Of a stretch of DNA of 64,000 nt, positions 1 to 10,102 are shown one piece after another (the first letter of the stretch is position 1; every line of letters starts with the position of its first letter). The translations under genes were made by a program, and so were the position numbers. Where the stretch lies: assembly GCA_963662435.1 (NCBI GenBank), contig OY759598.1, positions 3,318,507 to 3,382,506 on the forward strand. Reading direction: 5' to 3'. The DNA comes from Dehalococcoidia bacterium (GTDB taxonomy: Bacteria > Chloroflexota > Dehalococcoidia > Lucifugimonadales > VXLM01). A model generated the notes under the pieces. That model was not told where the DNA came from and searched no databases. It saw nothing but the letters and a program-made list of their open reading frames with translations.

Positions 1-987
1 CAGTCTGTACCCACGCAACCGGTCGATCAGGGTCGGGTTGGTCATAGATGCCGGTAGGAGAATCATGCTGATGTTCTCGCGCTCGACCCATTCGGCCAAG
101 TGCCGGAAGCCGTGGGTTGTTGGAAGAATGACCCTGGCTCCCACTCCTCGGGATCGGAGGGTCTCGAGCTGCCGGGCCAGCGACGCCCGCCCGAAAAGGA
201 ACATCTCTCTTTCCCCCAACACTCGAATCCACTTGCGGCGGTTCTCCTCGGGATAGGGGCTAACGAGATAGGATGCGGCGGACAGCTCGAACAACACCAC
301 CTCGCCGCCGCCTTCCTCCGCCAGATCGGCAGCTCGAGACCGTAGGACGGCATACTCAGGGGAATCGTCAAAACTGGTAATCGCCATGATCCGCCCGGCG
401 TGCGGCGGTTCGGAAGCAGAGGCGATCCCGGCGCGGACCGACTGCAGATACGCGATGACGGCATGAACGATTCTCCGGTCATCGGTCACGAATCCTTTGA
501 ATTCCTTGCCCGGCGCCGACAGCCTACCGGTTCCGAAAACGGATCTTGGGGAGACCTCCCATCCTATGAAGGCAATGGGCGAGGGTGACGAGGATACGAG
601 AAACCATTGATTCTCAAGGGCATGGTTGTTTTCGCCCAAGGGCGTCCATGTGTCTTTCAGGTCGGTAAGCGTCTCCGGCAAGGAGCCTGCGCCGTAGGTA
701 GCCAGCCGTACGCCGGCCTGTTGGAGCTCACGATAGCGACGCGATTCTCCTTGGAGCTTGTCAACGTTCTGAAAACCCACATACAGATCCGCAACCGTCG
801 GACTGCCCAGCACTTCGGTTTCGATTTCCCGACTGAACTCCAGCATCTCCTTTGGAGAGTTCAGGAATCGAAACCCTTCGATGGGAGGCCCTGCTCCCCG
901 AAGCTCCTGTTCCATCCGAATGATTAGACCCTCGACACCGGTCGCGTCGCGGTTCGCCAGATCATCGGCAGTGATTGACCACTCCAT
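1..987 (-). CDS. DICT-like sensory domain fused to a universal-stress-protein-like domain (runs off window start)
   Basis: Not in the ORF track because it has no stop in the window. Manual translation from ATG 987 (SD AAGGAGG upstream) gives MEWSITADDL...LYVGFQNVDKLQGESRRYREL (DICT-like)...RIMAITSFDDSPEYAVLRSRAADLAEEGGGEVVLFE...AEWVERENISMILLPASMTNPTLIDRLRG (USP-like). Confidence 0.7.
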   Translation of the reverse strand, partial: MEWSITADDLANRDATGVEGLIIRMEQELRGAGPPIEGFRFLNSPKEMLEFSREIETEVLGSPTVADLYVGFQNVDKLQGESRRYRELQQAGVRLATYGAGSLPETLTDLKDTWTPLGENNHALENQWFLVSSSPSPIAFIGWEVSPRSVFGTGRLSAPGKEFKGFVTDDRRIVHAVIAYLQSVRAGIASASEPPHAGRIMAITSFDDSPEYAVLRSRAADLAEEGGGEVVLFELSAASYLVSPYPEENRRKWIRVLGEREMFLFGRASLARQLETLRSRGVGARVILPTTHGFRHLAEWVERENISMILLPASMTNPTLIDRLRGYRL

Positions 988-1533
988 ACTTGGCCCTCCT
1001 TATCCTCCACCAATGAGGTGGAGTTTCTCTTGCTGTTCGCAGATTAGCTACCCCCGGCACATGAATCTCTCACTATGTACAACGATGGGCGCCGGAAATG
1101 AGTCAGTGGGCATAGGGGTCGGCGATCCCATTTGATTCGATGATCAATGGGGATTGCAATGGAGTCGATTGGCAGAGAGGGTTGGAACAGCCCAGGGGCA
1201 GTCCATGGAGTCGCGGCGCCGTACTGGGCACTTGTCTACCGCAGCCGGTGGAAGACTCTTGTCTAAGGAGTCGGACAGGCTACACAGAAGAGACCCTCGC
1301 GAATCTCGCGCCCGCCGGGTAGGTCGTTTGTCCCGTCCATCTAGGAACAGCCAGGGCCGAGTTTCCGGCTGCTCAACGCGACCCTCTGTTAGCCCTGGCT
1401 CCCGCTATCGATGCTGCGCTACATGAAGTGAGCACCGTCTGCGACGTCTTGCATGACGGATTCGAGTTCAGGGCTCCCGGTGATGCGGAAGCCGCCATCG
1501 CTCAGTCTCGAGACCCAAGAGTCCGGTTCTGTA

Positions 1534-1679
1534 GTGCCATTTCCAGATGGTCTTTGCCTATTGCTCACAGAACACCCTCACCCCCGAATCGAGTGCGGGG
1601 CAGGCTCTAGCCCTCTCCCGCGACGGGAGAGGGCTAGGCGCCTCTCTATTCGATTGTCCTATTCAAGTGGGACCGGCAC
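1534..1679. mobile_element. MITE-like element with IS630-type ends containing a CCCTCTCCC-N5-GGGAGAGGG hairpin
   Basis: Imperfect terminal IRs GTGCCATTTCCA / TGGGACCGGCAC after TA. The internal sequence is shared with copies at 18915 and 23387-23501. Confidence 0.6.
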
Positions 1680-1804
1680 TGGGCCTGTGAACTCTTTTCG
1701 TTGCCGAGTCCGGGACGCCCGACCTTGACATATTTCTGCGACATTTCGCCATTATCGTAGTGGCATCACAGATTCCTCAAGAAGGAACCGAAGGAGGCAG
1801 AAAG

Positions 1805-3427
1805 ATGATGTGGAGCAAATTGACAACAGTGGCGAAGAGGTTCTTGATCGGGGTGGTGTTCGCGGCAATTCTCTCCGGGTTGATACTCGCAGGCTGCACC
1901 TTCAACAACGGATCGGAGGGCGGCAGGGATTCCAACGGCGCCACGACGAGCCAGGAAATCTCCGAGCGGGGAGGCGGCGAGTCCGGGGGCGAGCATGGCG
2001 GAGGCAGTGAAGGTGGTGAAGGTGGAGGTGAGCACGGATCCGGTGGTGAGGGTAGTGAAGGCGGCGGCGAGCACGGCTCCGGCGGTGAAGGTAGTGAAGG
2101 CGGCGGTGGCGAGGAGGGCAGCGGGGCCAACCAGCTGGCTCCGGATGAGACCTTCGACATGGTCCGCGGCGGTGCACGGCTGATCCTGGGCTACGACGCG
2201 GCGAGCAACTCTTTCAAGGGAACCGTGGAGAACACGACTAGCGGGACGCTGGACCGGGTCAGGATCGAAGTACACCTGTCCAACGGGACGGAGCTCGGAC
2301 CGACGACACCGGTAGACATGGCTCCGGGCGAGGTGAGAACGATCACCCTGCCCTCGACGCAGGCGTCGTTCACCGGATGGGTGGCGCATGCCGAGGTTGG
2401 CGGAGGCGAAGGAAGCGAGTCCGGCGGAGAAGGTGGCGGCGAGCACGGTTCCGGTGGTGAAGGCAGCCGTGAAGGCGGTGAGTCCGGTGGTGAAGGTGGT
2501 GGTGAAGGCGGCAGTGGTGAGATCGGGGAAGCGGCCATGTCGAGCCCGATCATTCCCCTGGACCAGACGTGGAACGGCGCTCTCGGTGGGCTGGCGGTTT
2601 CGGCGCGGTACGACGCGGCTACCCAGACCGTCCACACGACGGTGCAGAACACGACCTCACAGACGCTGTGCTACGTGCAGGCCGAACCGCACCTGAAGTC
2701 GGGAGCGCAGACGATTGGGGAGCTTGGCCCGGACAAGCTGGGCGACCTGAACTCCGGGCAGCAGGCGACATCCAGCCTGGCGGTCGCGAGTGAGCCGAAT
2801 CTCGTGGGAGTGGCCTACGACGGGTACGTCGTTCACATGGAAGTGTTCGACTGCGGCGGCCCCGGTCCCATACCTCACACGGGCGGCGAAGGGGCTGAAG
2901 GCGGCGGTGGAGAGGGAGCCGGCGGCGAGGGGCACGGTCCGGGCGGCGAGGGCTCCAGTGGTGAAAGCGGACGCGAAGGCGGCGGAGAGTCGGGCGGCGA
3001 AGAGGGCAGCATCGCCAATCAACTGGCGCCGAATGAGACCTTCGACATGACTCGCGGCGGGGCGCGGTTGACCATGAAGTACGATGCACCCACCAACTCG
3101 TTCTGGGGCATCGTGGAGAACACGACGAACGGAACGCTGGACCGGGTCAGGATCGAGGTGCACCTGTCGAACGGTACGGAACTCGGTCCGACGACCCCGG
3201 TGGACCTGGCGGCGCGAGAGGTGTTGGCGATCAACCTGCCGTCGACTGAGGCTCCATTCACCGGGTGGGTAGCCCATGCGGAGGTTGGCGGAGGCGAAGG
3301 CGGCGCTGAGGCCGGAGGTGAGCACGGCGTTGGAAGCTCAGGTGGTGAAGGTAGAGGCGAACACGGTAGCGCAGGTGAAGGTGGCGGTGAGCACGGCTCC
3401 GGCGGCGAGCGGCGAGGCGGCGGCTAG
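1805..3427 (+). CDS. Lipoprotein with Gly/Glu/His-rich low-complexity tracts and repeated FxLYD-like beta domains
   Basis: SD AGGAGG; lipobox LAGC; repeats such as GGEHGSGGEG; two near-identical domains (GxVENTTxGTLDRVRIEVHLSNGTELGP) and a third diverged one. Confidence 0.75.
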   Translation: MMWSKLTTVAKRFLIGVVFAAILSGLILAGCTFNNGSEGGRDSNGATTSQEISERGGGESGGEHGGGSEGGEGGGEHGSGGEGSEGGGEHGSGGEGSEGGGGEEGSGANQLAPDETFDMVRGGARLILGYDAASNSFKGTVENTTSGTLDRVRIEVHLSNGTELGPTTPVDMAPGEVRTITLPSTQASFTGWVAHAEVGGGEGSESGGEGGGEHGSGGEGSREGGESGGEGGGEGGSGEIGEAAMSSPIIPLDQTWNGALGGLAVSARYDAATQTVHTTVQNTTSQTLCYVQAEPHLKSGAQTIGELGPDKLGDLNSGQQATSSLAVASEPNLVGVAYDGYVVHMEVFDCGGPGPIPHTGGEGAEGGGGEGAGGEGHGPGGEGSSGESGREGGGESGGEEGSIANQLAPNETFDMTRGGARLTMKYDAPTNSFWGIVENTTNGTLDRVRIEVHLSNGTELGPTTPVDLAAREVLAINLPSTEAPFTGWVAHAEVGGGEGGAEAGGEHGVGSSGGEGRGEHGSAGEGGGEHGSGGERRGGG

Positions 3428-3565
3428 AGTCAAACGGAATCGGTCGAGGGGAGATGTCGAACCTTCTCATGAAGTGAGATAATTTACCCTAGGCGGATGT
3501 AGTGAGTGGACGCGGTGTCTCGAAAGGGGCGCCGCGTCTTGAGACAGCTCATAAGAGGACTGACG

Positions 3566-4243
3566 ATGAGCGGCACGGTACTGATAATCGAAGACGACAC
3601 GAGGATCGCGAACTGGGTCAAAGTGTACTTTGAGCGCGCCGGGTACTTCGCCGAGGTTGCCCATGACGGCGAGTCCGGCCTGGACCTGGCCCGCGACCTT
3701 GTTCCGGACCTGATAATCCTCGACCTGATGCTTCCCCGTCTCGACGGGGTGGAACTGTGCAGGATCCTGCGCCGGGAGTCGGACGTTCCGATTATCATGC
3801 TGACGGCCAGGGAAGCTCCTGCCGAGCGAGTCATCGGTCTGGACAGCGGAGCCGACGATTACGTCATCAAGCCCTTCGACCCGGATGAAGTCATTGCGCG
3901 AGCGCATGCCCTGCTGCGACGCGTCAAGGACAGAGTCCAGCAGGTCTTGACACGCGGACACATCACGCTGAACGAAACCACCGGGATGGTGACTGTTGGT
4001 GAAGAGCCCGTGACGCTGAGCCAGGCGCAGGTCGCCCTGCTATCGGCATTCATGCGCCATCCCAACCAGTTGCTCACTCGCGACCAGCTCATCTCACTAG
4101 CGTTCAACGACGAATTCGACGGGTTCGACCGGGCCATCGACAGCCAGATCGCCCGCCTGCGCAAGCAGATCAACCGGAATGGCAGGGAGCCGATTCAGAC
4201 GGTCTACGGCGGGGGATACAGGTTCATGGTGGAGGATAAATGA
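3566..4243 (+). CDS. OmpR/PhoB-family response regulator
   Basis: VLIIEDD, LIILDLMLP, IIMLTA, GADDYVIKPF, C-terminal IQTVYGGGYRF winged helix. Confidence 0.95.
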   Translation: MSGTVLIIEDDTRIANWVKVYFERAGYFAEVAHDGESGLDLARDLVPDLIILDLMLPRLDGVELCRILRRESDVPIIMLTAREAPAERVIGLDSGADDYVIKPFDPDEVIARAHALLRRVKDRVQQVLTRGHITLNETTGMVTVGEEPVTLSQAQVALLSAFMRHPNQLLTRDQLISLAFNDEFDGFDRAIDSQIARLRKQINRNGREPIQTVYGGGYRFMVEDK

Positions 4244-5649
4244 TGTCTTTGCGCTGGAGAATCATGGCTTCGACCGTTCTCGTCGTTGTTCTGACTGTCC
4301 TGACCAGCGTAGGTGTGGGTTACTACGCGACGCAGGCCCGTCTCGGCGTGTTCGTGGACCGGATAGGCGGCGACGAGGCGGTCCATTTGGCCCGGAATCT
4401 GAGCCAGGAGTACACCACTGCCGGAGGTTGGGGAACGCTGGACAGGGCGCTGTCCCGGGCCGGATACACCTACGGTGGAGCCTCGGAGAGGGAGCGGTCT
4501 GAAGAGAACGAGGGAGAGCACTTCGATCTCTCCCAGCAGGACCCGGTGCGAGTCGTGATCGTCGGCGTCGATGGACGAGTAGTGGAGGACAACTTCTCCG
4601 AATTGTCGCCCGGAGCCGCCGCACCCAATCTGGGCGGACATAGCGAAACGGTGTTGGATTTGGCTTCGAACCAGCCCGTGGGCAACGTCTATGTTGATGT
4701 AAACCGCGAGCTCCTGTCGACCGAGTCGCATGGGCTTCTCAGCACGCTCCTGTACATCACCGCTGTTGGCGGAACCCTGACGGTCGGCGTCGCGATACTG
4801 CTGGCCTTCTGGCTGTCCAAACGGATAACGTCGCCGGTGACGGCCCTGACGGAGGCAACCCAAGCAATCGCCCAAGGAGATACCTCCCGGCTGCCGGTCA
4901 CGTCCTCGGACGAGTTGGGAAGGATGAGCGCGGCCTTCAACCGGATGACCTCAGCCCTGGAGACCCAGCGCGAGCTACGCAGACGGCTGATAAACGACGT
5001 CTCTCACGAGCTGAACACGCCTCTGAGCGTCATCAAGCTGGAGGCGAAAGGGCTGCGCGACGGCCTTCAGACGCCTGAGAACGCCTCCGACCACATCATC
5101 CAGGAGGTGGACAGGCTGAGCGGCATCGTAACCGATCTGGACTGGCTTGCAGAGACGGACCAAGGCGAATTGAGGCTCACCCTCGAATCGAGCTCGGTGC
5201 ACGAGCTGCTCACCGCGGAGGTGAACCGCTGGCAGCCGCAATCCCAAGCTCGACAGGTCGAACTGTCACTTGCAGCTTCCGCCGAACTCCCGGACATGGA
5301 CCTCGACCGGATGCGGATGAGCCAGGCGTTGGGAAACGTCGTGGGCAACGCCATTCATTGCACCGAGGCGGGCGGGAACATCGAAATCAGGGGGGAGATT
5401 GAAGGCGGCGAGGAGTTGGTCATCTCGGTCACGGATGACGGGATCGGCATCGATTCAACGGATCTTCCCCATATCTTCGACCGCTTCTACCGCACCGACC
5501 AGTCCCGCAGTCGCGGGATAGGCGGCACAGGTCTGGGACTGGCCATCACTCGAGCCATAGTCGAAGGGCATGGGGGCACGATTGCCGTCGCAAGCGATGG
5601 GCCCGGACAAGGTGTCACCGTGAGTATGCGCCTACCCATGAACGAGTGA
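4240..5649 (+). CDS. HAMP-containing sensor histidine kinase (BaeS-like)
   Basis: Two TM segments, HAMP, H-box DVSHELNTPL, N-box NVVGNAI, G boxes DDGIGI and GGTGLGLAI; ATGA overlap with the regulator. Confidence 0.95.
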   Translation: MMSLRWRIMASTVLVVVLTVLTSVGVGYYATQARLGVFVDRIGGDEAVHLARNLSQEYTTAGGWGTLDRALSRAGYTYGGASERERSEENEGEHFDLSQQDPVRVVIVGVDGRVVEDNFSELSPGAAAPNLGGHSETVLDLASNQPVGNVYVDVNRELLSTESHGLLSTLLYITAVGGTLTVGVAILLAFWLSKRITSPVTALTEATQAIAQGDTSRLPVTSSDELGRMSAAFNRMTSALETQRELRRRLINDVSHELNTPLSVIKLEAKGLRDGLQTPENASDHIIQEVDRLSGIVTDLDWLAETDQGELRLTLESSSVHELLTAEVNRWQPQSQARQVELSLAASAELPDMDLDRMRMSQALGNVVGNAIHCTEAGGNIEIRGEIEGGEELVISVTDDGIGIDSTDLPHIFDRFYRTDQSRSRGIGGTGLGLAITRAIVEGHGGTIAVASDGPGQGVTVSMRLPMNE

Positions 5650-5824
5650 GTGTCATCCTCTTGGCTGTGAACTCCGCCGCAAGAGCAGGGACCACAGCGG
5701 CCACTGAGGAACAGGGCGGGTTTGAATCCCGCCCGTTCGAGTGCCGGTTGGCCGGGGGATTTTCAGAGGAAGGGCAACCACTACATCAAGATCAATCCCT
5801 CAATCCCATCCCGACCCTGTGCTA

Positions 5825-7031
5825 GTACCGTTTCTAGGTATATTTGACAAATATAAGAAATAGGTTAGTCTTGTGTATGATCCCATAAGGAGGACATACG
5901 AAGACATGCCTGCTCTCCAGTACAAGGTGGAGTTGAATAAATCGGAACGGACACGTCTCAAAGAGATAGCGAGTCGTGGGGAGACTTCGGCCCGTAAGGT
6001 CAAGCGAGCGCTGGTGTTGCTTAAGGCAGACGAAGGTCTGATCGATCGTGACATCGCCAGCGGACTATTGATAAGCGCATCCACGGTGGGACGTGTGCGC
6101 ACGCGGTTTGTGGAGGAGGGACTCGACAGCGCGCTCAATGAACGCACGCGACCGGGACAGAAGCGCAAGTTGGACGGCAGACAGGAAGCGCACCTTATAG
6201 CCGTCGCGTGCAGCGATGCACCCGAAGGACACGCGGACTGGACGCTGCAACTCATTGCGGACAAGGCGGTGGCGATGGGGTTTGCCGAGAGCATCTCCCT
6301 CGAGACGGTGCGCCAGATACTCAAAAAAACGAACTCAAACCGTGGAAGAAGAAGGAGTGGTGCATCCCCGAGGTGAGCGGAGAGTTCGTGGCTCGGATGG
6401 AGGATGTGTTGGACCTGTACCATCAAGACTACGACCCCGACCATCCCGTGGTCTGCTTCGACGAGACATCCAAGCAACTGGTGGCTGATAAGAGGCCCGC
6501 TATCAGGGCCAAGCCGGGTCGGGTGGAACGATATGACTACGAGTACAAGCGAAACGGGACGCGAAACCTGTTCATGTTCTGTGAGCCGAAAGCCGGTTGG
6601 AGGCATGTCGAGGTGACCGAGCAACGTACTGCTGTGGACTTCGCACAGCAGATGAGGTGGCTGGTTGATGAGGTATACCCTCACACAGAGACGATACGGC
6701 TGGTGCTGGACAATCTCAACACTCACAAGCTGGGTTCGTTGTACGATGCCTTCGAGCCAGCCGAAGCGTGGCGCATCGCCAAGCGCCTGGAGTTCCATTA
6801 CACTCCGGTACACGGCAGTTGGCTGAACATGGCGGAGATAGAGTTGAGCATCTTCAGTAATCAATGTCTCAACCGTCGAATCAGTGACGAGGCGGTACTG
6901 AAACGAGAGGTCTCGGCGCTGGAACGTGAACGCAATGAGGCTGTCGCCATCATAGACTGGCGCTTCTCCACTCAGGACGCTCGCACTAAACTTCAACATA
7001 TCTATCCATCACATTCAGATTGAAGCGGTAC
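5825..7031 (+). mobile_element. IS630-family insertion sequence
   Basis: IRs GTACCGTTTC / GAAGCGGTAC, TA duplicated at 5823-5824 and 7032-7033 within CTAG contexts; transposase inside. Confidence 0.93.
5906..7023 (+). CDS. IS630 transposase, orfA (HTH, to 6376) and orfB (DDE) joined by a -1 frameshift
   Basis: orfA ...ILKK and orfB KNELKPW overlap at the A7 run 6323-6329. DDE motifs VCFDE, LVLDNLNTH, SWLNMAEIE. Confidence 0.9.
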
Positions 7032-7069
7032 TAGACTTCCAACACGCCACCACGCTGGAAGGCATACCC

Positions 7070-8032
7070 TTGAGAAACTACGCGCTAATTTCCATTCTGC
7101 TTGTCTTGATCGCAGGCTCGTTCGCTTGCGCATCCAGCCAAGACGTCCCCCAACAGGCTAACGACACCCCAGTCCTCGGCACATTGCCGTCTTCGACTCC
7201 CACCGCCACGGCTATTCCCAGGCGATCCTCAGGTTCCGTCGCCGTATCAAACGTAGCCACCCCAACACCCGTCTCAGGCGCCGTCGCCCCGTCCAACATT
7301 CCCTTTCCGACACCGACGCCCACTGCCACACCGGACCCAGTCGTAACGCCGACGGCCACTCCCGTTCCGCAACCCTCACCGACTCCCACAGCAACTCCCG
7401 TTCCGATTCCCACGATTACCATGTCCTCGGAGGACGAGGCGAGAGCCGAAGCCTTCCTCGAGAACTTCATCAGCATCTCGTACGAGGCTTCCTTCGACAT
7501 GCCCAACGAGGTTACCGAGGGCGACTACCCCGTCACGGCCACCGTCGACGGATGGATGACAATGAGAGTAGACGACAACCACGGATCCCAGTTCTTTGCG
7601 AGAATAGAAATGACCAAGCCGGTCGAACGATCCATCGAAGTCGTCAGCCGTCCCTCCACCTTCAACATGTTCCTCCACGACCTCGATGCAAACAAATGGT
7701 ACTTCCTCCCTGAGAACTCCTCCGTCGTCGATTCCGGACCGCTGACTGACCTTCTCAACCTCTGGTTTTTCGGCATGTTGTACTCCACCTTTCCACGCGA
7801 CGAAATGCAGCAAGTCCCAGACGGATTCACCTGGGAGCTCGAAGACCCAACCTTGGGTTCAGTGATAGTCACCTATGACCAGGCATACACCCTCGAATCC
7901 GTTACCTTTACCAACCCCGACGGCAAGGAGTTCATGCGAGCAAGCTATTTCGACCTCAACAAGCTCCACGACCTCGTCCCCTACGAGGACGTTGATGAGC
8001 TGCTCCCCGACACCTACTGGAAGTCCCAATAG
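7070..8032 (+). CDS. Hypothetical lipoprotein with Pro/Thr-rich linker
   Basis: Hydrophobic N-terminus ending FAC; PTPTATP repeats; globular C-terminal region. Confidence 0.75.
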   Translation: MRNYALISILLVLIAGSFACASSQDVPQQANDTPVLGTLPSSTPTATAIPRRSSGSVAVSNVATPTPVSGAVAPSNIPFPTPTPTATPDPVVTPTATPVPQPSPTPTATPVPIPTITMSSEDEARAEAFLENFISISYEASFDMPNEVTEGDYPVTATVDGWMTMRVDDNHGSQFFARIEMTKPVERSIEVVSRPSTFNMFLHDLDANKWYFLPENSSVVDSGPLTDLLNLWFFGMLYSTFPRDEMQQVPDGFTWELEDPTLGSVIVTYDQAYTLESVTFTNPDGKEFMRASYFDLNKLHDLVPYEDVDELLPDTYWKSQ

Positions 8033-8046
8033 CACATCTCCAGAGT

Positions 8047-8135
8047 AGAGTTCGAGTCCCCGATGGGTCCAGGTAGAAATGAGTGGGGAAGGAGGGACTG
8101 TACTGTGGACGTTCCGGAGGAGGTCCTGGTATTAG
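8047..8135. repeat. att-like junction D: left arm, tRNA-Leu 3'-end copy, 36-bp right arm
   Basis: 8083-8099 GTGGGGAAGGAGGGACT is identical to 16847-16863. Left arm AGAGTTCGAGTCCCCGATGGG matches the sequence from 16811. Right arm starts GTACTG. Confidence 0.85.
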
Positions 8136-8270
8136 AAATATCAGCGACCGACTTCGGGGAGACCTCCGTGAGCCCCCGGCGTTGCAGGTGTAGAGGACCA
8201 TCTCAACTAAAGAGCCCGACCCGACGTAACGTGGCACTAGGGGGATGGAGAAGCGAAGGACACTGCTGCG

Positions 8271-10007
8271 CTACTTTTCCACTCGGCAGCTGATGATATC
8301 GATGCCGTAGTATTTTCGGTGGTGTACCGATGTGGCGTAGTGGCTCAGGATTCGGACGGACAATTGCTGTTCGTCTTCCAGCGCCTGATCCGGGCCCAGA
8401 TAGGCCATGCGATTCTCGATATTTCCCTGGATGGCGTCGTCCGAAGCGACCACGATTTCAATCTCGGCCGAGCCGCTTTCAGGGCGAATTGTGGCGACCA
8501 ATCTACGATTCTCCTCGGCAGGGCCGTCGTTCTCTTCATTGACCAAACTCAACATGACCTCTTCTCCCACCAGACGCAGGCGACTTTTTCCTTCATCCGG
8601 CCAAGAGTGTCTGTCGGCGAATTGGCAGAGAAAATCGTCAACGTCAGGCAAAGAAGACTGAGACAAGTCAATCCGCAGCTTGCTAGCGCGAAATCCTGAT
8701 ATTTCGGTGAACAGGGTCATGGCTATGGCCGCCATGCCGCCTATGACGATGGTATTGCCCACCAGATGAATAGTTATCCCTTCGAAGAATCCGCTGAATG
8801 TCCCCGCGGACAGGCCCAATACTATGGAAACGCCGGTGATGGTAGCCTTCTTCTGGTCGAACTAGCCCGTAAAGACCGTCTTTGCACCCTCGACAAAGAG
8901 CATTCCGAAGATGATGACGTACACTGCGCTAACCACCGGGCTGGGAATGGCGACCAATATGGCGAGCAGCTTTGAAAAAGGAGCGACCAGTATGGTCAAC
9001 ACTCCCAGGTATATCCCAACACTCTTGGTGGCGACGCCTGTAAAGCCAATGTAGACCACGGTGGCCGCCCACGGCGCGGCTACAGGCAAGGTTCCCAGGA
9101 GGCCGGAAAGGAGGGTGCCAACGCCGAAGACGTTCAGGCCCCCTTGCACGGTGCGGAAGTCAACGGCCGATTGATTCCGATAGGAAGCTCGGTAGATTAC
9201 CGACAGGTCTCCCACCGCTTTCATAAAGGCGGTGAGATTCACAAACACGAATACCGGAAGCAGTGTCCAGAAATCCGTGCTAAAGGTCAGGTCCAGCCCC
9301 GGCCACCCGAAATCCGGCAGGCGTAACCATGGAGTGTCTACGATGATGTTGGCATCGTAAAGGCCCAGGGGCACGGCCACAATCAGCCCTACGGCTACGG
9401 TGAACGGCAAGATCCATACACGCCAGGCCAGCGCGTCTTGCAGGGATGTAAGGACACCAGCGACCAGTGCAGCCATACCCGGAGCCAAGAAGAGCACAGT
9501 CGATTCGCCTTCCGGCGGGATGACTGCCCTGCTGATGATGAAGGGCAAGGCCGAAACCGCCACCAGCATTACGACTACTCCGCTCACCGTCTGTGTAAAT
9601 ATCCGCCGGAGGGAGGCAAGGCGCAGGGTCAAAACAGATTGGACCAGGGTGGAAACCACGACCAAGCTGGCAAGCAGACCAGGTCCGCCGACATGAAGCG
9701 CCAAGGCGCTGACGGCCAAGAACGGAACGTTGAAGTTTGAGACGATGAGCCGGCCCGAACCTAAGTGCCGCAACCGGAGGGCCTGCAGGATCATGCCGAC
9801 ACCTGAGACTGCCAGCACGGTAAATGTCACCCATGACAGGTATGCTTCGGACTCGCCGGATGCCCGCACCACCAGCGCCGCCAGCATGATGAGGCTGATG
9901 GTATTGGGTACGAATATCTGTAGAGCCGAGGATATCGCCAGTAGCGGCGGACACTTCTCATCCGGTTCGTACTGGATTTCGTGTCGTCCCTGGGCTCTTC
10001 TAAACAC
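8271..10007 (-). pseudogene. Xanthine/uracil (NCS2-like) permease fused to a HATPase/RsbW-like C-terminal domain, interrupted by an in-frame TAG at 8862-8864
   Basis: ORFs 8862-10007 and 8271-8819 are in the same frame: ...FTG*FDQKKATITGVSIVLGL... NCS2-like TM pattern (YEPDE, IPSPV); tail LRLVGEEVMLSL. Confidence 0.75.
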
Positions 10008-10102
10008 TCAGGTGAAACCCCTGGTAGCAACAACCGGCCGGGAATTCGCCACTGCCCACGAGCGGCCCCCCAGTTCCCACGAGTTCAGGCCGGGATGTTA
10101 TC

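Noticed and set aside
1083..1120. Possible fifth att junction (CGATGGG...GAAATGAGT)
   Set aside because: Only patchy similarity to junction D, and it lacks the 36-bp right arm.
1725..1748. GACAT direct repeat as an OmpR-type binding site
   Set aside because: The 13-bp spacing is off the usual 10-11 bp and the repeat is too short to support.
5714..5734. GGGCGGG-TTTGAAT-CCCGCCC as a tRNA T-arm remnant
   Set aside because: It fits a generic REP-like hairpin equally well, and no acceptor/CCA or att arm is adjacent.
6323..6329. Frameshift in the IS630 transposase as a pseudogene or novelty
   Set aside because: A -1 shift or slippage at an A-run is common in IS630 elements.
8862..8864. Pyrrolysine or recoded TAG
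   Set aside because: TAG is used as a normal stop in many genes here and no pyl genes are visible.
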